Positions 18,954 to 30,466 of a stretch of 64,000 nt of DNA are shown in pieces; position 1 is the stretch's first letter; the number at the start of each line of letters is the position of its first letter. Source of the DNA: Spirochaetia bacterium (GTDB taxonomy: Bacteria; Spirochaetota; Spirochaetia; SZUA-6; Bin103); the NCBI GenBank assembly GCA_965199955.1, contig CBDATQ010000002.1:544001-608000 (forward strand), read 5' to 3'. A program made the position numbers and the translations under genes. The notes under the pieces are model-generated. The model was given only the letters and a program-made list of their open reading frames with translations, was not told the origin of the DNA and ran no database searches.

Positions 18954-20209
18954 AGCGCCCGGGCGGCGTCCAGCAGCCGGGCGCGGTCGTTCACGGCCGG
19001 GTCGGCAAGGACCGCTCGCAGCAGGGCGCGCAGCAGCCGTCCGATGTTCGGGCCGGGGCGAAGGCCGAGCTCACGCTGCAGCACGGCGCCGTCGACGGCG
19101 AGCTCGCCGATCGTCAGCGCCTGCGCCGCGGCCGCCTGGCGGTGCACCCGCCGGGCCAGCGGAGCGTCGATCTTCGCGATCGCCCGGCGGACGGCGATCG
19201 CGTCCGCGGCAGCAGCGCGGCCGACGGCGGCCAGCAGGCGGCGGATGGCGGCGTTCGAGCTGTCCGCGGTGAGCGGGATCGAAAGACTGCCGATCGCGGT
19301 GACCACCCGCCGGGTCACCGCGTGGGGAAAGCGCAGGCGGGTCAGAGCCGCCTGCGCGCGGGCAGTGGCGGCCGGTACGTCGGCGGCGTCCTCGGGCGCC
19401 AGCAGCATCGCCAGCCGCTGCGGCACGTCGGTCGGCGCCGCATCGATGCGGGCGTAGCGGGCTCTCCGGCCGGCGGGGCTGGCCGCCGTGGCGCTTGCCG
19501 CCGGAAGACACAGCTCCATGAGTCCGGACCGTTCGAGCAGGCCCAGGCCCACGGACGGGGTCGGCGCAAGCAGCAGGCGGCGCAGCTCTTCGCAGACCCG
19601 CTCGACCGCAACCCTGCGAGCGGTCGGCAGCGCGTCGCGCATCGCCCGCACCGTCTGCCCGTCGACGGTCAGGTTCAACTCCGCGGCCAGCCGGCACCCG
19701 CGGAACGGACGCAGTCCGTCCTCCGCAAAGCGTTCGCGGGCGCTGCCGACGGTACGGAGGCGCCGCGCTGCCAGGTCGTCGCGCCCGCCATGCGGATCGT
19801 GCAGGACGCCGGTAGCGAGGTCGACGGCGATCGCGTTGATGGTGAAGTCGCGCCGCGCCAGATCTTCCTCGATCGTGCCGGCGAAGCGGACCGCATCGGG
19901 CCGCCGCCCGTCGGAGTAGCCGGACTCCGTGCGGAAGGTCGTGACCTCGAACCGGCGGCCGAGCAGGACCGTCACCGTGCCGTGGCGGATGCCCGTGGGG
20001 ATGGTCCGGGGATAGAGGCCCTGCACGCGGCCGGGCGTCGCGTCGGTGGCGATGTCCCAGTCATGGGTCGGCCGGTCCTGCAGCAGGTTTCGGACCGCGC
20101 CGCCGACCAGGTAGGCGGCGTGCCCGGCGTCGATCAGGACGCGGGCGAAGCGCTCCACCGCAGCGGGCAGCGAAATCCCGGGCGCCTCCCGTCGGTCTTC
20201 CGAACTCAT
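18881..20209 (-). CDS. cca: tRNA nucleotidyltransferase (CCA-adding), no HD domain seen
   Basis: LVGGAVR, DWDIAT, DLARRDFTINA, EDGLR, VERV.EEL; flexible loop present. Confidence 0.9.
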   Translation of the reverse strand: MSSEDRREAPGISLPAAVERFARVLIDAGHAAYLVGGAVRNLLQDRPTHDWDIATDATPGRVQGLYPRTIPTGIRHGTVTVLLGRRFEVTTFRTESGYSDGRRPDAVRFAGTIEEDLARRDFTINAIAVDLATGVLHDPHGGRDDLAARRLRTVGSARERFAEDGLRPFRGCRLAAELNLTVDGQTVRAMRDALPTARRVAVERVCEELRRLLLAPTPSVGLGLLERSGLMELCLPAASATAASPAGRRARYARIDAAPTDVPQRLAMLLAPEDAADVPAATARAQAALTRLRFPHAVTRRVVTAIGSLSIPLTADSSNAAIRRLLAAVGRAAAADAIAVRRAIAKIDAPLARRVHRQAAAAQALTIGELAVDGAVLQRELGLRPGPNIGRLLRALLRAVLADPAVNDRARLLDAARALQDEAADPPAPDSSEEASAATSCA

Positions 20210-20316
20210 CCCCAGGCCGCGTGCAGGGTACCGGAAAGCGGCGGTGAGCGGAGCGCCGATGCTCCGGCCGGGCGTGGCGCCCGGTGCGCCGGTGGCGGTA
20301 CGCTCGGGACGCTGGC

Positions 20317-20958
20317 ATGTCGCTGACGGGTCTGCTTCTCACCGGCGGGTACGGCCCCGCGCGCGTCGACCTGGAGCCCTTTCTGACGACGGTGGGGCCG
20401 ATAGTCGCCGCCGACTCCGGTTACGATCTGGCGCTGTCGCTGGGAGTGGAGCCGGACCTGATCGTCGGCGACATGGACTCGGTGCGCGCGGAACGGCTCC
20501 CCACCGGTCGCGTGCGCCGCTTCCCGCGGGACAAGGATAATACCGACACGGAGCTCGGGCTGCATGCGCTGCAGGAGCTCGGCTGCGACCGGGTGGTGAT
20601 CGCCGGCGGCGGCGGCGGCCGACTGGATCACCTGTTGTTCATCGCCGGGCTGTTCGAGCGGGAGACGCTGCCTATCTGCTGGATCACCTCCCATGAACAC
20701 GTGGAGGCGATTCGCGGCACGGCCGCCTACTTCGGCTGGGTGGGCCAGACCGTGTCGTTCCTGCCGCTGTCGGGGGGCGCGGCGATCGAACGCTCGGCAG
20801 GTCTTCGCTGGCCGCTGGACGGGCTGCGGTGGCGTCCGGGTGAGGGCGGAGTCAGCAACGTCATCACCGCGTCGCCCATGCGCGTGACGATGGCGGAGGG
20901 AGCGTTGCTGATGATCCGGTCGTTCGCCGTGCACGAGATCGGCCTGCGGCCCGGGTAG
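20317..20958 (+). CDS. thiN: Thiamine diphosphokinase
   Basis: AADSG, IVGDMDS, DKDNTDTE, GGRLDH, GL.WPL, GVSN. Confidence 0.93.
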   Translation: MSLTGLLLTGGYGPARVDLEPFLTTVGPIVAADSGYDLALSLGVEPDLIVGDMDSVRAERLPTGRVRRFPRDKDNTDTELGLHALQELGCDRVVIAGGGGGRLDHLLFIAGLFERETLPICWITSHEHVEAIRGTAAYFGWVGQTVSFLPLSGGAAIERSAGLRWPLDGLRWRPGEGGVSNVITASPMRVTMAEGALLMIRSFAVHEIGLRPG

Positions 20959-20990
20959 GTTCCCGGTCCCGCGGCGGCGGCGGCCCCCGG

Positions 20991-21818
20991 CTACGGTCCG
21001 GCCGGCTCTGCCATTCCCAGCACCTGCCCGAGCAGGTCGGCCGATGAGCGGCTCAACAGGTCCACCAGCTCCGGAAACTCGGCCAGCGTGCTGCCCAGCA
21101 TGGCCAGCAGCTCGGCGTGCTGGGCAGCCTGCTCGCGCATGAATGCCAGATCGGCGACCACCGCCAGGCGCGCCCGTTGCTGCGTATCGACGCGCTCGTC
21201 GAACGCCGTCTTCGCGTGCCGGTACAGGTCCGGGTCCGGAACCGAGTGCGGGACCAGCTCGACGTCGATGATCTCCAGCTCGGGAAAGCGCGCGGCAAGC
21301 CGGCGCCGCACGCCTTCCTCCAGGCTTCCGGGGTTCGTCACCGCCGCGACTGCCTCGCCCGCCAGCAGCGCTTCGGTCGCAGCGGCGGCGGCGGCGGCGG
21401 CGGCCTGCTCGTACCAGGCCGGCAGGGTGTCGGGGCGCAACTCGGCCGTCGCCGCCAGCGGCGCCAGGTGCTCCGCGCGAAGCTGCAGCCGGACGGTGAC
21501 GCCGAGGTCATAGGAGAGCGCCGCCGGGTCGATGCCGATCTCCGCTGCGTACACTTCCGCCGATGGCAGGAGCGCAGCCACGCGGCGCTGCACCTCCCGC
21601 GGAGTCAGGTCGAACCGGTGCAGGGTCATGTTGGTCGGAATCAACCGCTCCCACCGCCAAGTGATGCCGCCCGGTGCGATGGCCTCCTCGTCCCAACCTC
21701 CCGACTTCGTGAACGCGACGCCGTAGGTGCCAGGCAGCAGCGACAGCTCCACCCATCCGACGAAGAACGCGGCGACCGCCAGCGCGAGGATCGTCAGCAG
21801 GGTGATGGCGATCTTCAC
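20991..21818 (-). CDS. Membrane-anchored hypothetical protein (possibly SPFH-like)
   Basis: N-terminal TM, then YGVAFTKSGG..WRWERLIPTN; TATACT 7 nt before GTG 21818. Confidence 0.7.
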   Translation of the reverse strand: MKIAITLLTILALAVAAFFVGWVELSLLPGTYGVAFTKSGGWDEEAIAPGGITWRWERLIPTNMTLHRFDLTPREVQRRVAALLPSAEVYAAEIGIDPAALSYDLGVTVRLQLRAEHLAPLAATAELRPDTLPAWYEQAAAAAAAAATEALLAGEAVAAVTNPGSLEEGVRRRLAARFPELEIIDVELVPHSVPDPDLYRHAKTAFDERVDTQQRARLAVVADLAFMREQAAQHAELLAMLGSTLAEFPELVDLLSRSSADLLGQVLGMAEPAGP

Positions 21819-21913
21819 GCCAGACAGTATATCGTGGCCCTTGTACCGCGCGAGACGGTGATCGGCCGTGCGCCGACCATGTCCGTGCATGCGTGGCCCG
21901 AGGTTCTGGAGAG

Positions 21914-22279
21914 ATGATGGTAGCGGTGAGGGGCGCAATCCAGGTGAGCGCCAACGACGCCGAAGCGATTCGGTCGGCCGGCCTGCGGCTCCTTCGGTCC
22001 GTGCTCGACGGTAACGGGGTGGCGACCGAGGACATCGTCAGCATCATCTTCTCGCTGACACCCGATCTGACGCGTGCGAATCCGGCGACCGCGACGCGCG
22101 AAGGCGGATTCGCGGAGGTGCCGCTGTTCTGCGTGCAGGAGGCCGTCGTGGAGGGTCAGCCGGGCCGCATCATCCGGCTGCTGATGACCTATCGCGGCGA
22201 CAGAGACCGCAAGCCTGTGCCGGTGTTCCTGGATGGCGCGCAGGTGCTCCGCCCGGACCTGTCGCCGGGGCGCCCGTGA
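21914..22279 (+). CDS. aroH: Chorismate mutase, AroH class
   Basis: AVRGAIQV, SIIFSLTPDL..NPA, VPLFCVQE, IRLL, LRPDL. Confidence 0.93.
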   Translation: MMVAVRGAIQVSANDAEAIRSAGLRLLRSVLDGNGVATEDIVSIIFSLTPDLTRANPATATREGGFAEVPLFCVQEAVVEGQPGRIIRLLMTYRGDRDRKPVPVFLDGAQVLRPDLSPGRP

Positions 22280-22323
22280 CCCACGCCTCGGACTCCGTTC
22301 TTGGCCCATCCCACGCTTCGCTC

Positions 22324-22355
22324 CATAGTGGGTACACCGCATAGTGGGTACACCG
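22324..22355 (+). repeat. Exact 16-bp tandem duplication upstream of tRNA-Thr
   Basis: CATAGTGGGTACACCG twice. Confidence 0.9.
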
Positions 22356-22376
22356 CGTTTGGGGGAGACGGGCAGC

Positions 22377-22449
22377 GCCACCTTAGCTCAATCGGTAGAG
22401 CACGAGATTTGTAATCTCGAGGTCGTCGGTTCGATCCCGACAGGTGGCT
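22377..22449 (+). tRNA. tRNA-Thr (TGT), CCA not encoded
   Basis: Acceptor GCCACCT/AGGTGGC, anticodon arm CGAGA-TTTGTAA-TCTCG, T loop TTCGATC. Confidence 0.97.
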
Positions 22450-22523
22450 GACCGGGCGCCGGGCGAGCGCCGTGGCTATTGACAGCGGAGGCGGGCTGAG
22501 CGAACATGCGGCGCTCCGACAGC

Positions 22524-22605
22524 GGGGAGGTTCCCGAGTGGCCAAAGGGGGCAGACTGTAAATCTGTTGGCATTGCCTTCGAAGGTTCGAATCCTTCTCT
22601 CCCCA
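22524..22605 (+). tRNA. tRNA-Tyr (GTA), CCA not encoded
   Basis: Acceptor GGGGAGG/TCTCCCC, anticodon arm GCAGA-CTGTAAA-TCTGT, long variable arm, TTCGAAT; TTGACA at 22479. Confidence 0.97.
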
Positions 22606-22611
22606 TCTCCC

Positions 22612-23085
22612 GTGGCTGAGCCGTTCTACCGGACGTCCGCCGACGTCGGACTGCGCTTCGACTGCACCCGGTGCCAGCGCTGCTGCCGGCTCGAGCCGGG
22701 GTACGTCTTCCTCTCGGAGCGTGACCTGCAGGCGCTGGCTCGGGCGAAGGCCCTGAACGTTGCCGAGTTCACCGCCCGCTACTGCCGCACCGTGGACATC
22801 GGCGGATTCGAGCGGCTGAGCCTGACCGAGAAGGCCAATTTCGACTGCAGCCTCTGGCAAGATGGCGCCTGCACGGTGTACGAATCGCGACCTCTGCAGT
22901 GCCGGAGCTTCCCGTTCTGGGATGCAAACCTGGCATCCCCGGATGCGTGGTCGGAGGCTGCCGCATCGTGTCCCGGTATCGGCCAGGGTCCGGTACGGCA
23001 TGCGGTCGAGATCGACTACTGGCTCTCGCGCCGTCACGAGGAACCGCTGATCCGCCCCGAGGTTGCGGCACCACGGGGGCCGTAA
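22612..23085 (+). CDS. YkgJ-family cysteine-cluster protein
   Basis: FDCTRCQRCC...C...CTVYESRPLQCRSFPFW...CPGIG. Confidence 0.9.
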   Translation: MAEPFYRTSADVGLRFDCTRCQRCCRLEPGYVFLSERDLQALARAKALNVAEFTARYCRTVDIGGFERLSLTEKANFDCSLWQDGACTVYESRPLQCRSFPFWDANLASPDAWSEAAASCPGIGQGPVRHAVEIDYWLSRRHEEPLIRPEVAAPRGP

Positions 23086-23254
23086 CCTCGGCCCAGCCCC
23101 TCCTTTGGCATGGACCGCGTCGGGTCCCGATGCGCTCCATGCCGGGAACGGGTAGTCCCGGCGCCTGCGGCGCCGTCATGGCTCTGACGGCCCATCTTTC
23201 GCTTCTGCCGGTGAAGGGTATACATTCGCTCCTGCTGGGAGTGTTGGGTATCGC

Positions 23255-24280
23255 GTGAAGTGCATCGCGATCGGGCTGGGCCTCGCGTGTGGGGTGCTCG
23301 TCGCCGGTGCGGCGCTGGCCGCATCGTATCTGAGCGGGCCTCCCGAGGAGCCGGGAACGGGGTCTGCGGTCACCTTCACCGTGCACCCCGGCGAGCCGTT
23401 CGGTGACGTGGCCGCCCGGCTGGAGGAGCAGGGGCTGGTGCGTTCCGAGCTGGCGCTGCGGATTCTGGCGTACCTGCAGGGCGCCGACAGCCGGATACGC
23501 GCCGGCCACTACTCGCTGTTCCCGTCGTTGCGCGCCCGCGAGATCCTGGCGTTGCTGCTGGAGGGCCGTCAGGAGGAGGTCACCGTCACCGTTCCGGAGG
23601 GATGGACCGTGCGCCGCATCGCCGAACGGCTCGACGAACGGAGCGTGACCACCGCGTCCGCCTTCGCGGCTGCGGTTGCCGACCCGGCGCTGATCGCGGA
23701 GTTCGGCATCCGCGCTGAAAGCATGGAGGGGTACCTGTTTCCGGACACCTACCGCTTTCCGCGCGACTACCCGGCCGACCGCGTGGTGCGCAGCATGGTC
23801 GGCAACTTCTTCCGTCGGCTCGCCGAGGTGCGGCCGGACTTCGAGAGCATCGACCCCGCCGAGCTGCACGACACGATCATCCTGGCGTCGATCGTGGAAC
23901 GCGAGTACCAGCGTCCCGAGGAAGCGGGGCTGATCGCTTCCGTGTTCGTCAACCGCCTGGCCGCCAACGCACGGCTGCAGTCGTGCGCCACCGTCGCCTA
24001 CGTGCTCACCGAGTTGGAGGGCCGGGAGCATCCCCGCGTGATCACGCACGAGGAGCTGGAGGTCGACTCCCCCTTCAACACCTACAAGCGGCGCCGGCTC
24101 CCGCCGGGGCCGATCTCGAATCCGGGGACGGTGGCCCTGCAGGCGGCGTTCTTCCCGACGGAGAGCGACTACTGGTACTTCGTGCTCAAGGATCCGGACA
24201 CCGGCGAGCACCACTTCTCCCGCGAGCTCGACGAGCACAACGACGCCAAGCACTTCTATCTGAAAGGCGTGGCTGGCTGA
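23255..24280 (+). CDS. mltG: Endolytic transglycosylase MltG
   Basis: TVPEG, EGYLFPDTY, LASIVERE, DSPFNTY, LPPGPISNPG. Confidence 0.95.
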   Translation: MKCIAIGLGLACGVLVAGAALAASYLSGPPEEPGTGSAVTFTVHPGEPFGDVAARLEEQGLVRSELALRILAYLQGADSRIRAGHYSLFPSLRAREILALLLEGRQEEVTVTVPEGWTVRRIAERLDERSVTTASAFAAAVADPALIAEFGIRAESMEGYLFPDTYRFPRDYPADRVVRSMVGNFFRRLAEVRPDFESIDPAELHDTIILASIVEREYQRPEEAGLIASVFVNRLAANARLQSCATVAYVLTELEGREHPRVITHEELEVDSPFNTYKRRRLPPGPISNPGTVALQAAFFPTESDYWYFVLKDPDTGEHHFSRELDEHNDAKHFYLKGVAG

Positions 24281-24314
24281 GGGGCACCCGCGTTGCAGCG
24301 ACGCCCATGAGCCC

Positions 24315-26091
24315 GTGATTCCCTCCCACCAGATCGCGGAGCTGAACGATCGACTGAGGATCGACGCCGTCGCCGGCGACTACGTACGCCTGCAGCGCCG
24401 CGGCCGACGGTTCGTCGGGCTGTGTCCCTTTCATACCGAGAAAACCCCCTCCTTCACCGTCACCCCGGAGCGGAACCTGTTCTACTGCTTCGGCTGCCAG
24501 AAGGGCGGTTCGATGCTCGGCCTGGTCATGGAGTTGGAGAAGCTCAGTTTCCCGGAGGCATTCCGGCTGCTTGCCGAGCGTGCCGGCATGCAGATGGAGG
24601 AGACCGCGGGCTCGGAGGGCAGCGAGCGGCAGAGCTACCTGGAGCTCTACCGGCGCCTGGCCGACAGTTTCCGCCACATCCTGACCCACACCGCCGCAGC
24701 CGAGCCGGCCCGCGAGCACCTGGCCAACCGCGGATTCTCGTCCGAGTCGCTCGAACGCTACCGCGTGGGCTATGCGCCGCGCGACCGCTACTGGCTGCTT
24801 CGCTTCCTGCGCTCCCACCACTACGGCGACGACTTCCTGGCCCGTTCCGGGCTGTTCACGAGCACTGCCGGGGAGATGCTGGCGCTGTTCCGCGACCGCA
24901 TCGTGTTCCCGATCTCCACGCCGCGGGGCGAGGTGGTCGCCTTCGGCGGCCGCGCCATGGGGGACGGACCGAAGTACCTCAACACGCCGGAGACCGCCTA
25001 CTACCACAAGGGCGAGGTGCTCTACGGCGTGGCAGAGGCGCGGGAACGCATCAAGCACGCTGGCGCCGTGCACGTGGCGGAGGGCTACCTGGACGTGATC
25101 GCCCTCGATGCGGCCGGGAGCGCGGCCGTGGCGCCGCTCGGCACCGCCCTGAGCGGAACTCACGCTCGGCTGCTGGCGCGGTACACCACGGACGTGCGCC
25201 TGGTGATGGATTCGGATGCGGCCGGAGCGAACGCCACCCGGCGCGCCATCGCCACGCTGGAGGACGCGGAGCTCTCCACGTCCGTGGTTCCGCTCCAGGC
25301 CGGTCTGGACCCTGCCGATTATATCCAGCAGAATGCAGGCGACCGGTTGCAAACCGCCCTCGCATCCCCTATATTGCCGTTCCAGTATCTTCTTAAACTG
25401 GCTACATCTGCGCTTGATCTAAGACAGGCAGACGCGAAGGAACAGGTATTCCGGGAGGTGCTCCCTTATCTCACCCATGTGCGCTCGGAGTTGAAGCGGG
25501 AGGCGTTGCTGCACGACGTGGCGGACCTGCTGGAGGTCGGCAGCGACAGCATCGTGCGCGATTACCGCCGGCTTGCGTCGTCGGGAACGAGCTGGCACGA
25601 CTTCCCGGCGGCGCGGACGGGCACACCGAGTGGCGGACGTGGCGTCGTCGGGCGCTCGCTGGAGATGACCTACATGCTGGCGGCCGCCGCCAACCGGGAC
25701 CGGTTCGACCGCGTGCAGCGGCGGCTGCGGTCCGACGACCTGCAGGATCCGATGGCGCACGAGCTGTTCGTCGCGCTTGCCGAGTGCGCCCGGCAGGGCG
25801 ACGAGTCGCCGGACGGCCTGCTCGGCAGGCTGAAGACCGAGGAGCTGCGCTCGCTGGTCATACGCAATCTCTCGGAGGAGGAGTTCACGGTCAACGCGGA
25901 TGAAGTGCTGGACGACGGGGCGCGCACGTTGAAGGCTCGCGCACTGGAAGACCGGCGCCGTGACATCGAGGCGCGCATGCGCCGCGCCGAGCGCGGCGGT
26001 GACGAAACCCCCGGTGCGGCGGTCCGGGAGCTGCTCGAGGAGAAGATCTACCTCGATTCGGAGCTGGAGAAACTGAAGAAGGTGAGGGTGG

Positions 26092-26111
<20 letters not shown>
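24315..26111 (+). CDS. dnaG: DNA primase
   Basis: [15 protein letters not shown] zinc finger, [19 protein letters not shown] Toprim. Confidence 0.97.
25347..25375 (+). promoter_or_regulatory. Putative internal promoter in dnaG driving rpoD
   Basis: TTGCAA-N17-TATATT within a locally AT-rich, codon-atypical stretch. Confidence 0.5.
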
Positions 26112-27831
<1,720 letters not shown>

Positions 27832-27845
27832 GGCGACAGGCGCTA

Positions 27846-27905
27846 ATGACGGAGGCGAACATGACGGAGGCAGTACATGACCGGAGAGGGCCATATGACC
27901 GGAGG
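27846..27905 (+). repeat. Four copies of ATGAC(C)GGAG between rpoD and the Zn-ribbon gene
   Basis: Copies start at 27846, 27861, 27877 and 27895. Confidence 0.8.
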
Positions 27906-27910
27906 ACGGT

Positions 27911-28870
27911 GTGAGTAGCGAAGCCGTACCCATCGAGCGGACGAACCACGGGACGTCGGCGGTTCAGGACGCTCTGGACAAGCTGCGGGCGCTGCAGGAC
28001 GTGCTGCACAAGAAGCACGAGATCGAGGCGCAGATCGAGGAACTGCCCAGGTCGCTCGCCACCAAGACCGAGCTGCTCAACCGGCTCAAGCGGACCTACC
28101 TGGAGCGCAACGAGGAGCAGGAATCGACCAAGAAGCGGATCGGCGAGCTGCGCCTCGATGCGGTTGAATCGGAGCGCATCCGCGAGGAGTACGAGCGCCA
28201 GATGGACCAGATCCGCACGCAGCGCGAGTACGAAGCGCTGGACAAGCAGATCCGCGATGCCTCCGAGCGCGAGATGGACTACCGCCGGGCGCTGCAGGAA
28301 GAGGAAGAGCGGCTCGACCAGGTGTCCGAGGAGCTGGCCCGCGAAGCGGAGCTGATCGAGCAGCAGGAGGGCGTCGTCCAGGAAGAGGACTCGCGCATGA
28401 AGGTCGAGCTGGCCGACCGCGAGCAGCGTCTGGCCGCGCTGCAGGCGGAAGAGTCGGGGATCGCCGCCGGTCTGGATGCGGAGTTGCTGTTCAAGTTCGA
28501 ACGGATCGTCCGAATGACCGACGGGTACGGGATCGTCCCGTTGCAGGCACAGGTCTGTACCGGGTGTTACATGACCCTGCCCGCTCACTTCGTCAACCGC
28601 GTGCGCCGCGCCGAGGACGTGCTGTTCTGCACGCATGGGCGCATCGTCTTCTACGAGGATGCGCCGGCCGAGGACGAGTCGGAGGTGCAGATCGACGTGT
28701 TCGATGGCGAGCCCGGCTTCTTCGCGGATGCGGAGGGAGACGAGGAGCTCGAGGACGAGGAGGAGCTGTTCCTGGACCTCGACGTGACCGACGACGACAA
28801 CGATGAAGACGGCGATGGTCACGATGCCACCGAAGAAGCCGAGGACGCCCACGCGTCCGACGACGCCTGA
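27911..28870 (+). CDS. Coiled-coil C4-type zinc-ribbon protein (DUF164-like) with acidic tail
   Basis: Long coiled coil, FKFERIVR..GIVP..CTGCYM.LP..FC.H.RI; Asp/Glu-rich C-terminus. Confidence 0.88.
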   Translation: MSSEAVPIERTNHGTSAVQDALDKLRALQDVLHKKHEIEAQIEELPRSLATKTELLNRLKRTYLERNEEQESTKKRIGELRLDAVESERIREEYERQMDQIRTQREYEALDKQIRDASEREMDYRRALQEEEERLDQVSEELAREAELIEQQEGVVQEEDSRMKVELADREQRLAALQAEESGIAAGLDAELLFKFERIVRMTDGYGIVPLQAQVCTGCYMTLPAHFVNRVRRAEDVLFCTHGRIVFYEDAPAEDESEVQIDVFDGEPGFFADAEGDEELEDEEELFLDLDVTDDDNDEDGDGHDATEEAEDAHASDDA

Positions 28871-28962
28871 ACCCCTGCCGCGGGTCGCGTTCCTGCGCCC
28901 GCCCGCTGGCCACGCCCTGCCCGCTGACCACTCCTGGTATGATCGGCTACCGTGAAGGCGAA

Positions 28963-29428
28963 AGGAGGCGGGCCGGCCATCGCCGCGTCCGGTTCGGGCG
29001 TGGAGGAAAGTCCGGGCTCCGAAGAGCAGGGTGCCGGGTAATCCCCGGGCGTCCGCGCCAACGCGCGGGCGACAGACAGTGCAGCAGAGAACAGACCGCC
29101 GGGCAACCGTGCCGCAAGGGACGGCGCGTCCGGCAAGGGTGAAACGGTGGGGTAAGAGCCCACCACTCCGGCGGCGACGCCGGAGGTATGGCAAACCTCG
29201 CCCGGAGCAAAGCCAAGCAGCGGGTCGGGTTGCTCGCCGCATGAGGGTGGTCCCTCCGGGGATGCCGTCCTCGGGCCCGCGGGTAGGCTGCTCGAGTGCC
29301 GCGCCGGCGCCATCCGACGCCGCCGCGTGCGCCAGATGAATGATGGCCCGCCCCGGTGGCGGCCGGGACGCGCAGGCGACCCGGTACGCGTCGGAGTGAA
29401 CAGAACCCGGCTTACGGGCCCGCCTCCT
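28963..29428 (+). ncRNA. rnpB: RNase P RNA, type A, about 466 nt
   Basis: GAGGAAAGTCCGGGCTC, AGTGCAGCAGA, GGGTGAAACGGTGGGGTAAGAGCCCACC, ACAGAACCCGGCTTA; P1 AGGAGGCGGGCC/GGCCCGCCTCCT; TGGTATGAT upstream. Confidence 0.96.
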
Positions 29429-29451
29429 CTTACTTCCTCCGGGGCGCCGAG

Positions 29452-30433
29452 ATGGGGATACCAGCCGGCCGGGAGCCGCCGGCGGCGGACAGCGGGACGG
29501 CGTCGCGCACTGTTCGTGGTGCTACTCGTCGTCGGCGTCGTGGTCGCCGGTGTCCTGCTGCGGGCCGATCGCGCGGTCGCGGCCTGGCTCCGGCGTGACC
29601 GGGACGTCAACATGCGCGTGCTCGTCGGCGATGGGCGCTACGCAGAGGCGGTGGAGGCCGCGGAGTTGACGCTGGTCAGACGGCCGCTCGACGCGGAGGC
29701 GAACCTGATCCGCGGCGTTGCGTCCCTCTACGCGGCGATAGCCGACCTTGGATCAGCCGACCCGGGATCGGCCGACCCGAGGTCGGGCGGCGACGGCGCA
29801 CGCGGCGTGTCCGCCGCGGATCGCCTTTCGACGGCGATCGTGGCGCTGCGCCGGGCGCTGCTGAATTCGCGGATCGCCGTGGCGGAACCGGCCGCGCAAT
29901 ACGCGCTCGGCAAGGCCTATTTTCACCGCGGCTATTTCTACTACCGTCTTGCGGTGCACTACCTGGAGGGCTCGCTGGCGCTCGGCTACGATGGGGCAGA
30001 CACCTACGAGTACCTGGGGCTGGCGTATACGGAGCTCGGCGACCCGCGCGGTCTGGAGTATTTCCGTCATGCGCTGACGCGGCGGCCGTCCGACCTGCTG
30101 CATCTGAAGATGGCCACCATGCTGATGGATGAAGGCGACGTGCAGGGAGCGCGGCGAAACCTCATCCAGGCGATCGACCTCACCGACGACATCGCGATCG
30201 CGCAGCGGGCGCGGTACGAGCTGGGGGCTGTCCACCGTGCGCTTGGCGAACTGCCGCTGGCCGAAGAGCAGTACCGGGCGATCATCGCCGGCGACGCGCG
30301 GGCCGCCGATGCCCACTTCTATCTGGGCGAGATCTACTCCCAGCAGGGCGACGCCGACCGGGCGCTCGCGGAGTGGCGCGCCGCGCGGGCGCTGGATCCG
30401 AACCACCGCCGCGCGATCGAACGCCTGCGATAG
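29452..30433 (+). CDS. Membrane-anchored TPR protein (start ambiguous; possible extra G after ATG 29452)
   Basis: TM segment then TPR motifs (YALGKAYF, YEYLGLAY, AHFYLGEIY); upstream of mreB. Confidence 0.85.
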
Positions 30434-30466
30434 CGCCCACCGCGAAGCGGAAGTACACTCTACCTG

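Noticed and set aside
22567..22611. ORF-track starts running through tRNA genes (22567 and 39738)
   Set aside because: They overlap clear tRNA cloverleaves; downstream starts at 22612 and 39957 fit better.
27846..27905. Repeat array as a mini-CRISPR
   Set aside because: Repeats of about 10 nt with 5-8 nt spacers are far too short, and no cas genes are present.
29327..29451. TPR ORF start at 29327
   Set aside because: Lies within the RNase P RNA gene.
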